Assembly: GCF_018350175.1 (NCBI RefSeq)
Contig: NC_058368.1
Location: 206,276,001-206,340,000, forward strand
Length of the DNA stretch: 64,000 bases
From: Felis catus
Lineage: Eukaryota
Reading direction: 5' to 3'
The stretch's first letter is position 1. Every line of letters begins with the position of its first letter. The position numbers and the translations under genes are program-made. The notes beneath the pieces were generated by a model. The model saw only the letters and a program-made list of their open reading frames with translations. It did not search any database and was not told the DNA's origin. Shown piece by piece: positions 41,837 to 56,601 of this stretch.

Positions 41837-41862
41837 ATACATGTTTTAATATTGGTAGATAA

Positions 41863-42087
<225 letters not shown>

Positions 42088-42406
42088 TAGTCATATATTT
42101 GTCTAGAATCATAGACGATTTAGAGTTAGAAAAGACCTTAAAGACTATTTCCTTAGTCTACTTACATGGAAGTGGAAGCTGAGACTCATGATTTATAGAT
42201 TTACTCAAGGTCACATGATTTATTAATGACAGAATTGGATTGAGACCCCAGAACTCATGATCCTCCAACTCACGCTTTTGGGGTATACAAATACTTGTAA
42301 TATATATCTTGAAGTATATATTTAATCCTTACAAAACATATTAAAGATCTAGGCCTTGCTAGTCAACCCTAGCCACATTTAAATTGCATTCATTTTTTGG
42401 TTTCAG

Positions 42407-42451
42407 AAATCTGATGTACCTGGAGTAGTAAGAACAGGCTCCATGAAGGAG
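42407..42451 (+). CDS. PRKAA1: PRKAA1 alternative 45-nt cassette exon (long isoform, +15 aa)
   Basis: ttttttggtttcag acceptor; KSDVPGVVRTGSMKE; gag/gtagga donor; phase 0-0; resembles the 15-aa insert of human alpha-1 isoform 2 as recalled. Confidence 0.8.
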
Positions 42452-42945
42452 GTAGGAATTAGACTTAAAGAATTTAGAGTTGGAAGGAACTTTAGAAGAT
42501 ATTTTGAACAGTTTCTTAAGTTACAGACATAAAAAGTAAACACCGCCCCTCCTGCCCATGTTTTTCTCATACCCACGTTATGTGGTATGGCTAAAACCTC
42601 TTTCTAGAAGAGCTGTGTCTAGCAGTGAGAAGCCATTTTTTTTCCCTCTCAATCTAAAGTTCTTTATATCATTCACTCATTTGTTCTATGTAGCATATCT
42701 ATTTACTTTCATCAAAATCAAACTCATTAACCAAGTTAATTTTGATTTTACCATTTTTTAACATGGTTCATTTCAATTTTCAGGTATTCCACTTCTCTAT
42801 TCACTGTACCCCCTCCCCCCATGCTATGCTATGCCTGGAAAAATGGAAACAGGCACAAGTTGGATTGGTATCTTGTTTTCTTATCTTTTCCATTTGTCAT
42901 TTCTTGGTCATTTTTCTTCTGTGGTATATTAAAATTTCAGCTGTT

Positions 42946-43403
42946 GGGGTGCCTGAGTGGCTCAGTCAGTTGTGTCCGACTTTGGCTCAGGTCATGGCCT
43001 TGTAGCTGGTTAGTTTGAGCCCCACATCGGACTCTGTGCTGATAGCGCAGAGCCTGGAGCCTGCTTCTGATTGTGTCTCTCTCTGCCCCTCCCCCACTCA
43101 CGCTGTGTCTCTGCCTCTCTCTCAAAAATAAATAAACATTTAAAAAATTTTAAATTTCAGCTGTCATATTTTCTATTTCAAAGATCTTGTTTTCTGAAAT
43201 TTTCTTTTTTCTTTATTTTTTTTTTAAAGTTTATTTATTTAGAGAGAGAGAGCAAGTGTGCAGGTATGCACATGTGGGAGGGGCAGAGAGAGAGAGGGAA
43301 AGAGAGAATCCTAAGCAGGTTTCATGGAGCCTGATGAGTGAGATCTTGACCTGAGCTGAAATCAAGACTTGGACGCTTAACTGACTGAGCCATCTAGGCG
43401 CCT
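42946..43403. mobile_element. Tail-to-tail Can-SINE pair (about 42946-43150 +, 43205-43403 -)
   Basis: Heads in opposite orientation; TSDs aaatttcagctgt and ctgaaattttctttttt. Confidence 0.88.
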
Positions 43404-43487
43404 CTGAAATTTTCTTTTTTAAATAGCCAGTTCTGCTCCACAGATATAATAACCTTATTTGTCGAAGGATAATAATTAGTTGGGTTT

Positions 43488-43690
43488 TTTTTAAGGTTTT
43501 AATTTTAATTCCAATGTAGTTAACATGCAGTGTTATATTTGTTTCAGATGTAAAATACAGTGATTCAACAATTCTGTACCTTACTTAATCAGTGCTCAAC
43601 ATAAGTGTACTCTTGATCCCCATCACACTTTCACCCATTCCTCCCACCTCTGGTAACCATCAGCTTGTTCTCTGTAGCTAAGAGTCAACA
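43488..43690 (-). mobile_element. Carnivore L1 3'-end fragment, followed by (TTAC)n
   Basis: tagttaacatgcagtgttatatt...tctggtaaccatcag...gttctctgtagctaagagtc. Confidence 0.7.
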
Positions 43691-43694
43691 GTTG

Positions 43695-43725
<31 letters not shown>

Positions 43726-45270
43726 TTTATTATTTAAGTTTTCCTCTGTTCCCTGCATTGTTACTGTACCTTTTGTGCTCCCTGTTCCTTTTTTTTTTTT
43801 TTTTCCCTGTTCATTTTATCGGTCTCTGTCTTTTGAAAAGGTCCTTCCTCAGATATCTGGTGATTCTTGGTTGTCCACTTATATTTGAGTGAGGTACTAA
43901 ATGCCAAGCTCATGTAGGTGGAACTTAATGATTGGTGAGCCTTCCCATAGGTGGAATAGGTAGGGATCTGTCCATTTTGTTAGGGTGCACCAAATACTAG
44001 TAATTTCAAATAGTTTTCCCTAGATCAGAGGGTTGCTCTGGAAGCAATGTTTCAATTTCCTTGAGGGTATTAGCTTAGCTTGCAGTTCTCTGAGAGCTGA
44101 ATTGGGAAGAGGCCTGCAAGTCTCAGTAGTTAGTATGTTGACTTTCACTTAATCCCTGTGTTTTCCTTCGGGCGCCTCATCCCTGCCTTGGTGTCCTTGA
44201 GAACAGAGCTGGTTTGGTCTTACTCAAGAGCAAATCATGGGTCTTATTCCCCCGTAGGGGTGAATTTAAAACTTCAACCAATTGTCCTGCTTTCGGTCCA
44301 CCTCTCATTTCTCCCTTCACGAATTTTCTAATTTCTAAGCTTTTCCAGAGTTCTGTGTGCAGGCTAGTTTATTATTGGTTTCCACCCTGCAGGCTTAAGG
44401 TTTCTGCTTTCTCTGTTTGGTCAAGTCTTCATCGTTCATCCACTCTATAGCTTGGTGACTCCTTCTGATTTTACTGTTGTCACTTTTCTTGCTCTTTTCG
44501 TCTTTTTATGCTAATGTCCTTTTAGTGATGTTTCAAGGTGTGGAGACAAAAGATTCAGTCTACCATGTTTAACTGCAAATATGCTTTAACTTTTCTAACT
44601 TTCCTTTGGAGACTTCTCCTTTTTCATCTTTTGTACTGTATTTATTGTTAATATGGTATAATTTTCATTTTTGTAGTCTGTTTAGTTAATTTACCTATTA
44701 TATTTTGTTTAATCAACTAAGTTTTATTTCACATTTAGAACACATTACTTTTTCATTTAGTATATTTAATATAAATAAAGTTATGTTAAAAAAAGTGAAC
44801 CTACATTTCTTCTAGAAATAAATGTGTTAGATTATTAGCAGGTTATTTTCTCTAGAGGAAGGGTGTCTCATTGTACTTCATTAGTTTTAATTTTGCTTTC
44901 AAAAGAAATTACTAGTTCACCTTTTCTCCCAGATTGTCCATGCCATTTAAAGTGTAGAAGTCTGGCTTTAGAATGCTAATTTGTGACCTCTGTTAGAAAA
45001 TTGCATATTATAGAGAATTAATAGGCTATTTATTAAATATGACTTCATGGGTACAGGCTCATCCAAATAATGGTTATAGCTTTGGGGAAAAAAATCCTAA
45101 AACAAGACAATATGGATAAATGGATAAATGGAAGTTCTTAAAGAATATTTTTTAAAATGTTAGTTCCTGCATAAGATAATTTTTTCAGAAAACAGACTAA
45201 AGATACATGTTTTTATATTTTATAAAACAAATGAATTAAGGTTTTTCTTTTGTTAAAACTAAAAAGTCTT

Positions 45271-45479
45271 GGGGCGCCTGGGTGGCGCAGTCAGTTAAGC
45301 GTCCGACTTCAGCCAGGTCACGATCTCGCGGTCCGGGAGTTCGAGCCCCGCATCAGGCTCTGGGCTGATGGCTCAGAGCCTGGAGCCTGTTTCCGATTCT
45401 GTGTCTCCCTCTCTCTCTGCCCCTCCCCCGTTCATGCTCTGTTTATCTCTGTCCCAAAAAAAATAAAAACGTTGAAAAA
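45271..45479 (+). mobile_element. Young SINEC_Fc
   Basis: CpG-rich; perfect 16-bp TSD aaaactaaaaagtctt. Confidence 0.95.
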
Positions 45480-46086
45480 AAAACTAAAAAGTCTTTATTT
45501 CAGGACATATAACTTGATTGCTTGCTAATTCATTAACAGTCTTGAATGTTACTTCCTCATATAGTCTAAAATAGTATCACCCACCCCAATATAATTCTGT
45601 GCCCTTATTCTGCTTTATTTTTCTTAAAATACTCCTTGATGGTCTATTTCTTTATTGTCTATTTTCATCAACTAGATTAAGAGCCTTTGTTTTATTCATT
45701 GCTGTATCTTGAGTGCCTAGAACTGCTTGGCACACTAAAGATGTTCAATAAATATTTGTTAAAGGAATGAAGGATTAAATGTTTCCAGTGTATAGGAGAA
45801 AAAATATCTAGTTTCAAGGAGAAGTTGAAACTATTTGAAATAGCTCATGAAATACAGGGGAAAGCAATGTAGTCACAAGAGTGGTAACAGAAAGTTGAGT
45901 TCCAAGATCCTCTTAGCATTTTGGCTTTGTGCTGATTGTACCCATCTCCCCATTGCAAAAGCATCTCAGGATGAGTTTCATTTGGAAGGTTTCATGCGTT
46001 TTGATGGTTTTATAGGTTGGAGAGTTGTAGGTAGAAAAATTTCTTCTGAAAAGCACACCTTTAAAATGCCTCTCTACTTTTCGTAG

Positions 46087-46269
<183 letters not shown>

Positions 46270-46522
46270 TAATGAACATCAAAGCATTCTTCAGATAAGT
46301 TTTACTTCTATGCAATGGACTAAGTATCCCAAAATAGTGTATCCTCATCATTTTGCCTGTGAGCGTACAGAAAGGAGAAGAAGTGACAAATTCTCTTCTT
46401 AACTTTATGTCTTTAAAATTTAGTTTTAGGACAATAGGTAAATAAATTGGCAGCATTAGAGACATCATTTGAATAGAGACTATTATTTGTGAAGGAGAAG
46501 TTAGCAACTTTATTTCCAGTTC

Positions 46523-48037
46523 TTTTTTTTTTTCTTAAAGTTTATTTTGAGAGAGAGCATAAGTGGGGGGTGGGGGGCAGAGAGAGAGAGGGAGAGAATG
46601 AAAATGAATTATAAGCAGGCTCTGAGATGCCAGTGCAGAGCCCGCCCTGAGGCTTGAACTCATGACCTGAACCCAAATCCAGAGTCATGCTTAACTGATT
46701 AAACCACCTAGGTTCCCCTCCAGTATGTTCTTTTGATCAAGTATGGAGCAAGAGGAAAGAGACTGAATGGAGTTATACAAACTCTGAAAGCCAGAAGGTA
46801 AACTGTATGAACAAAATCATTCATTCATTTATTTTTAAGAAGTTTATTTCTTTATTTGGAGAGAGAGAGTGCATGCACTCAAGTTGGGGAGAGGCAGAGA
46901 GAGAGCGAGAATCTTAAGCAGGCTGCATGCTCAGCTTGGAGCCTGGCGCTCTTGATTATGCCACTGTAAGATCATGACCTGGACTGAAATCAAGAGTCAG
47001 ATCAGATGTCTAACCGACTGAGCCACCCAGGTGCCCCATGAACAGAATTATTTAAAAAAAAACTAGTAAAATATTTTACATGATAGAAAAGCATAATTTC
47101 ACCTTGGGAAGAACATTGTCAAAAATGAATTTATTTTCCTTTTATGTTCTATATAAATTGCCATTGATATTATTTTATTAAATTTAAGAAAAATTAATCT
47201 CTGCAACTCAATTTTGCTTAGCTTAAGTTCTAATCAGAGGTGATTTCATAAGTATTTTTCTCAGATTTGAATATATGTATTTTAATCTATAGAGATTCAC
47301 CAAGCAGTGCCAGTCAACTCTGAGCTACTGATTTGCTATTGTTGTTGTAACTGACTAAATTATTTGACTTCCTTATTCCTTAATTGTCATGATTATTTTT
47401 TTAAGATTTTATTTTTAAGTAATCTCTATACCCAACATGGGGCTCAAACTCACAACCCTGAGATCAAGAGCTGCATGCTGGCAACTGAGCCAGCCAGGCA
47501 CTCCTTTCATGATTATTTTTATCTAGTACATTTTTGAGAAGGCAGAGGTTTCTTTCTGGAGTAAAACTATGCGGGAGGGAGCTTTGATATTCAGGGTTAC
47601 TGTTTTGTTTTTTAAAGAATCAGAACAGGGTCATAGAATCTTTGAATTTTAATTTTTCTACTCATCTACATTTTTTCTAGTAATTTCTTTATTAATAAAT
47701 TTAAACATGCTGAGTTTATTCTAATAAACAGAACAACAGATAGCTTAATATATACTCATTAACTTCCAGTAGTGCACTAACTTAATTTTCTTAATGTTTG
47801 TTTATTTTTGAGGACAGGTTGGGGGGAAAGAGAGAGGGAGAGGAAGAGGGAGAGGGAGGGAGAGAGCGAGAAAGAACAAGCCAGAGGAGGGGCAGAGAGA
47901 GGGAGACAGAGAATCCCAAGCAGGCTCCTAGCTGCCAGCACAGAGCCCAACTCGGGGTGGATCTCACTGTGAGATTATGACCTGAGCCAAAATCAAGAGT
48001 TGGATACTTAAGTGACTGAGTATCTTAAGCTGCCCCC
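46523..48037 (-). mobile_element. Four antisense Can-SINEs in intron 4 (about 46523-46718, 46830-47037, 47395-47504, 47785-48037)
   Basis: Reverse SINE heads and GA tracts. Confidence 0.85.
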
Positions 48038-48224
48038 AAATAATGCACTAACCTTAAATGCTGAAATAGATTACAAATTTCAGGGCATAATGACAAAATA
48101 TTTGGGAACAGTAAAGACTAGGAATTTGTTTAAGCAAAGAATATAGTGATTATCACTTTAATGCAAACCCAATTTTATTGTTTAATGGAGTTTTGTTTTT
48201 ATTTCCTTGGGAAATCTTGAATAG

Positions 48225-48335
<111 letters not shown>

Positions 48336-49890
48336 TAGTATTTGACACCCTCCCACACTAATACATTTGTAATTATCTTTTTTTTCCTAGATTTTGTCTG
48401 TCTGTGGTGTCATATTAAATTGTAGTGAAAGGAAAGACATTTAGGGCTTATTCTTTTCTTATCCAGAAAGTGTTATATTTTAGGGATAAAACATAAGAAT
48501 TAAGGATTCCATTTATAGCAGAGAATTCTTTTTTCCCCCTGGTGGAAGAAATTGAAGGTTTAAAACTAGCAAGTTTTAAAGGTAGGTCAGACATTAAAAA
48601 CTTGCATAATACAGGAATACCTACTATTTAGAAATGGTTTACTTAGATGAAGGGTTAAAAGTATAATGTGTACCTTTAATTTTTCAGATAGAAGACATTT
48701 TGTAGTAGCTTTTTGTTTTATGATAAGGTGATTGGGGGATTGGACTGAAGTATGATAAAATCTTTAGACTTCATTTATTTTCTGGAGACTGCAGTATTAT
48801 AAGAATTCTAATCTCTCAATTTACTGACCACCGGCATTGAGAACATGAGGATCTTTATACAGTGCAGCTTTTTGAATAGATTAGATGACAGGAAAATTTA
48901 ATTTTTAAAGAGTAATTGTTTTTCACTGTACTACTGAAATTGAAAACAGATGGCTAGGTTTGTTACTAGTCTTTATAATTACCTTTTAATAACGTTTCAC
49001 TCAAACCATGTTTCTTTGTTTGAATGTGTCATATCCTAATTCAGAATGCAGAAATAGTATAGTATTTTCTCTCTGTTTTCATAACCTTGCTTGCCTGGCC
49101 TGCTCAGAGAAATTATATTTGGGTAAAGTCATGGCTATGATTAAGGCAGAAGTATCTAATTTTAGATTTATCAAGCTTCATCATTATTTTTTTTGATCAG
49201 CTTAATGTTCAAAGAATGTTTTTAAATTATTTCATTTGTGCCATCTAAATTCTTTTGGGAAAAAACAATTCTGGGGGCAATGTTAATTAAAAACAAATAA
49301 AAGAAAGAAATGTAAATATGCATATATGCATGGGCCATTTCTGAAGTCTAATTTTCCAGTTTGGAAAGGTCTTTCTGTGAGCCCTGGATGAGTGGGAACT
49401 TGTATTCAAAGCACTATTTATGGATTAGTTCAACAGTTTATTTGATCAATTTACAGACATCCTTTCCCCAAAGCCAGACTTTGTGCTAACAGTCTGCAGT
49501 AGTTAAGTCAGTTGGCTACAGTGTATTGTAAATACCAGTTTAGGATCTTCTTTGTGAACCAGTCAGCTTGGCTTTCTTTCACAGCCTCAGGCCCCTTTTA
49601 CCTTGGTAGGAAGTCTTGGGTTTTGGGGGGAGAGTGGGTTTAGGGTTCATCACTAAAGAACATTCTTAATTGATATCATGAGGAACAAAGTAAAGGAGTA
49701 AGAACAGAATTTTAGCTATAGTCTAACCTAAAAATTCTTAACTTTTGTTTTCAAAGATAATGATGATAGAATTATATAGAATCTTTCTGTATAGTGTAAA
49801 GCAATGACTATAGAAACCATACTCTAATAATTCTTTATAAAGTATCCATATTTAAAACTTTTGATTAATTAACTCTCAAGTTACTAATGA

Positions 49891-50148
<258 letters not shown>

Positions 50149-51458
50149 TAAGAATGCAACTTGGAGATTATCAGATCTAATAGCTTCAATGATTTAAATT
50201 AAGTGAAAGAAAGAGTTGCAGGACAGTATGTATAATGTCATGTCATTTGTATGTTAAAAAATACAGTATATAGGCACATTTGTTTTCGTATTTAAAAATA
50301 CACAGTAAACTGGTTACCTTAGGGAAGGAAGATTAGTAGGAGGGACGGCTTTTACTTTTCACTTACACGTCTTTCTTTTGAAAGAAAATAAAAATAGACC
50401 CTGGTGGGATGTTAAATTTTGTAGTGGCTCTTTAAGATTTTCTGTGGTATGCTTCATATTTGACTTTTATGCATTCTCATTAGGATTAATGCTTTTCAGT
50501 AGGAGTAAATTTGTGTGTTGCCATTTGAGTTCTATCTCATAAATTACTCCCTTTTTTCCTTTTGTTCATCTCAAGTAATGAGGAATTTTTAATTTAATCA
50601 ATGACATGCTTTTGTTTTTTGGGTACTATACATGGAATCACATGTGGAATTACTGATTTGTAAGTTTCATATGGAAGGGCATGCTTTTACCACCAATGGA
50701 AAAGGATACATCATTCTTTAAAATTTAAAATATCTAAGTGAAAGGTGCTTTCATTTGTGTTTTACATGGTTTTTTTTTCCAATTTAAATGCAATATGTGA
50801 CAATTAGAAGACTTAGAAAACACCAAAAACAAAACAAAAAAACAAAACCAAAACAAAAAAAACCCCACCAGAAAATGATCTTTAATTCCATCACCCAGAA
50901 GATAATCGTTGTTCTTTTGAGTGTTTTCCTTTCATGATGTTTTTAGTTTTAGCAGTTTTTGACATAGTTTAGGTCAAACATATTCTTTTATATTTGAAGA
51001 GTTGTTATCTTCATAGAGTTGTTTTATAAGGTGAGATAATGTATATGACGTATTTAGCCTAAAATCTACCACAGAGTAAGCAGTCAGTGAATGATAGTTG
51101 TCTGTTTTTGTTGTTTTTTTCACCTAACATTGTATCAAGAATATTATAATAATGAAGCCACAGAATATATTCTTTTTTCTGAACTGGAAATAAGCTGGTC
51201 TTGGTCATTTGTTTGTCATTGTCATTTGTGCCAAAACTTTAAATAAAAGTGAAGACATTTCTTTTCCAGTTAGTGCAGTACTGCTTTTTCCCTCTTAAAA
51301 TCTGAGGGAGGTTGGAGCATTTCCCCCAATATATACAATGAAATGTGAGCCAGAAGAAAGTCTCAGTTTAAAAAAAATGAAAATACCCTATGTGTATAAA
51401 TAGAAATGAATTCATATCCTAAATCCCCCAAACTGTTACTTACAGTCTCACCTCCTAA

Positions 51459-51995
<537 letters not shown>

Positions 51996-52069
51996 TAAAC
52001 CTATAGTCTATAAAATGTTTTATAGAAGAACTGCTTTTGACTTTCTTTTTTGTCCATACCACACACTAG

Positions 52070-52246
<177 letters not shown>

Positions 52247-53307
52247 TAACTTGGCTTTTTAGTCTTTGATTCTTTCGAAGCTTCTTGAACTGTTCCTAGT
52301 AATTCAATAGCAAAAGAACATTAAATGTGAGATTTGGTGCCTCTGTGATGTCAGCATTTGTGAATCTTAGGTTTGCTGTAATCTTACAGTGTATTGTCCT
52401 TTTATGATTACCTTAAAGCCAGATGCAGTCCGATCCTAAAATGATAGTTTCTGCCACATTTCTGTTTTTTGGTGTGGTTCATTTTGGTAAGATAAAATGT
52501 TTTATTTAGAAATAAATGTTAACTTTTTATTAAATTTTTTAATATCTGATATTTAATAATTTTTTTTTTCATTTAAGAATTAGAGTACAGTTATTACCTT
52601 TTAGAGTTGATTGATAAGGCAGTGTGAATAGATTTGATTAGTAGCTCATAGGACAAGAAATCATTTGTCAAGTAAGGTTTCTTACAGGGGACTGAGAGAG
52701 AAATGTTTTGGATAGGTAAGGGACTTAATGGTTAGTTTTCTCCTCTCATCCAGCCTTTTGCTCCCAGCCTGACACTAGAGACATATCAGAGGTATGCATC
52801 CTGTATTAGTTTTGTGAGTTACAGGATTCCAATTTTATCTCTTAATAAAGTGTTCTTAAATAATAGACCACTTTTGTATGAAAGCATGATATAGGGATTC
52901 CTGGGACTAAAGATAATGTTCAAGATAATGATCATAATTCGTTAAAAGTGACCTTGTTAACCTTAATTTTAGATTGCTGTGTATTTCTATTTACCTACAG
53001 TCATAAACAATCAGAGACAGCCTGATGATCAAATTGAAATATTCAGACTTTTTAAGTTAGGTGTATTTTAATTGGTCATCAAAATAATGATTTACTTCAG
53101 TATAAAATCTTAAAAGTACCTCCTTGAATATTTTTAAAGAAACATTAAATTATGATAAGTATTGGTTTACTGTTTTAATAGTTTGAAAGTGAAAACCTAT
53201 ACTTAGAAAATATATCTCTGATTACCATTATGTATAGTTTGCCAGAATATCTTAACTATTTATATTGATTAAGTTGAGGTAAATTATTAATTGCAGAAAG
53301 CAGACAT

Positions 53308-53747
53308 TTTTGTTATTGTTGTTTGTTTGTTTATTAAATTTAAATCCAAGTTAGTTAACATACAGTGTAATAATTACTCCAGGAATAGGATTTAGTGATT
53401 TATCACTTACATATAACATGAGCACCCAGTGCTCATCTGAAATGTCTTCCTTAATGCCTCTCACCCGTTTTTAGCCCTCCCCCCCACCTAACACCCCACC
53501 ACCAACCCTCTGTTTTCTGCATTTAAGAGTCTCTATGGTTTGTCTCTTTTTCTGTTTTTATATTATTTTTGCTTCCCTTCCCTTATGTTCTTGTTTTGTC
53601 TTAAATTCCACGTATGAACAAAATCATATATTTGTCTTTCTCTGACTTACTTCGCTTAGCATAATATATTCTAGTTCCATCCACATTGTTGCAAATGGCA
53701 AGATTTCATCCTTTTTGAATGCCGAGTAATATTCCAGTGTGTGTGTG

Positions 53748-53782
<35 letters not shown>

Positions 53783-54963
53783 ACATATACACTCACACCC
53801 CACATCTTTATCTATTCATCAGTCAACGGACATTGGGCTCTTTCCATACTTTGGCTATAGCCAAGAGTGGTGCTATAAACTTTGGGGTGCATGTGCCCCT
53901 TCGAATCAGCACTCTTGTATCCCTTGCATAAGTACCTAGTAGTGCAATTGCTGGGTCATAGGGTAGTACTGTTTTTTGAGGCACTTGCATACTGTTTTCC
54001 TGAGTGGCTGCATCAGTTTGCATTCCCACCAGCAGTGCAAACGGGTTCCCTTTTCTCTGCATCCTCGTCAACATCTGTTGCTTCCTGAGTTGTTAATTTT
54101 AACCATTCTGACAGGTGTGAAATGGTATCTCATTGTTGTTTTTGATTTGTATTTTTCTGATGATGAGTGATGTTGAGCATCTTTTTATGTGTCTGCTAGC
54201 CATCTGGATGTCTTCTTTGGAAAAGTGTCTATTCATGTCTTTTGCCCATTTCTTCACTGGATTATTTGTTTTTTGGGTGTTGAGTTTGATAAGTTCCTTA
54301 TAGATTTTGGATACTAACCCTTTATCTGATATGTCATTTGCAAATGTCTTCTCCCATTCCATCAGCTGCCTTTTAGTTTTGTTGATTATTTCCTTTGCAA
54401 TGCAGAAGCTTTTTATCTCGATGAGGTCTCAGTAGTTCATTTTTGCTTTTGTTTCCCTTGCTTTGGGAGACAGGTTAAGTAAGAAGTTGTTGTGGCTCAG
54501 GTCAAAGAGGTTGTTGCCTGTTTTCTCTAGTATTTTGATAGCTTCCTGTCTTATGTTTAGGTCTTTCATCCATTTTGAGTTTATTTTTGTGTATGGTATA
54601 AGAAAGTGGTTCAGGCTCATTCTTCTGCATGTTGCTGTCCAGTTTTCCCAACACCATTTGCTGAAGAGACTGTCTTTTTTCCATTGGATATTCTTTCCTG
54701 CTTTGTCAAAGATTAGTTGGCCATATGTTTGTGGGTCCATTTCTGGGTTCTCTATTCTGTTCCAATGATCTTGTGCCAATACCATACTGTCTTGAAGATT
54801 ATAGCTTTGTAATATAGCTTGAAGTCCAGAATTGTGATGTTTCCAGCTTTGGTTTTCTTTTTCAGGACTAATTGGCTACTTGGGGTCTTTTGTGGTTCCA
54901 TACAAATTTTAGGATTGTTTGTTCTAGTTCAGTGAACAGTAGTGTGCTATTTTGATAGGGATT
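53308..54963 (-). mobile_element. 5'-truncated carnivore L1 (about 1.65 kb) with internal (GT)n at 53737-53782
   Basis: Minus-strand ORFs 54429-54785 and 54099-54362 are L1 ORF2 C-terminal peptides ([21 protein letters not shown]...); frameshifted. Confidence 0.94.
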
Positions 54964-56067
54964 ACTTTATTTTTATTTTTAAATGGGAAAAATATCTTTA
55001 TGCCAATGTTTGTATGAGTAGACTATAATAGACTTTTAGTAAATGATATGATACTATAACATGGTTTGAAATTTATATTAATTCAGATTTCCCATATGCA
55101 TACACTCTCAAAACGAATTTAACACTATCTATTAAAAAGCCTGACAGAGCACACTTGACTCATAATATCAAGTAAATACTCTATCCTAGCATTTCAAGAG
55201 TATAACTGTATATATAAATGTTTTCTCATAAACAGAGCCTTTAATTAAGTACAAGTTTTTAGCAGTTCTTCATTGGCCATATCCATTAAGATCTGTTACC
55301 ACTTTTGTTTATCTAAGATCCTATGGAATTATTAGATTTACCTATGAATTTTTTGTCTTCTTCATAAACAAAAGAATAGTACCTACTTAGTGTCAGAAAG
55401 GCACAGGTTTGAGCGGTAATGTACTGGCCTCAAATTTATAACCTTAGGTTTATTAGCCCCTGGGTTTGCCAGTTGAATGAACATTTACTGTTTTTGTGTA
55501 CTGTATTTTCAACTTTAGTTTTCCTTAATTTGTTTATTGGAATCATTTCATGAGATCTTAAATACAAAGAGAAAGTGGGAGAGTGAAAAGCAGTGAGATG
55601 ACAGGCAAAGGAGGTTCTAGATTTACCTCTTTATTACCTATGGCAAGTCACTACACTTTTTGAAGGTTATATTTTCTTATCAATAGAATGAAGCATTGGA
55701 TGAGGTGATTTCCAAGATTTCTCCCAAATTTTAAGTGGATTTATTCTATGATTTTAATATAGAGAAATGAATTTTTATTGCTAGGGAAGGATGTTTATTG
55801 AGCCCCATGTTATTAGTTTATTGGGCTATTAATTTTTGAGTGTAAGTCTGATGAGTAGCTACATACTGATGAGTAGCTATGTGCTATACCCAATGTTGAT
55901 TAGGCATGAGGAGAATATGTACTGTATGTAAAGAAGACAAATGGTTTAACACAGATTCATCACCTCTATTTTAGAAAGTTTTCAAAATAAATGTGCTCTT
56001 GATAGGTGGTCAGTGGTCTCACTCAAAGAAGCAAATTAAATACTATTGAACTTTTGTTGGGGGGTGG

Positions 56068-56601
<534 letters not shown>

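Noticed and set aside
50484..50659. Possible cryptic exon in PRKAA1 intron 6 (cattag ... gtaagt)
   Set aside because: Only generic splice-like motifs; no further support visible.
55848..55883. Two CTGATGAG motifs suggesting a hammerhead ribozyme
   Set aside because: It is a short tandem duplication (ctgatgagtagcta x2); no stem II-GAAA-stem III arrangement.
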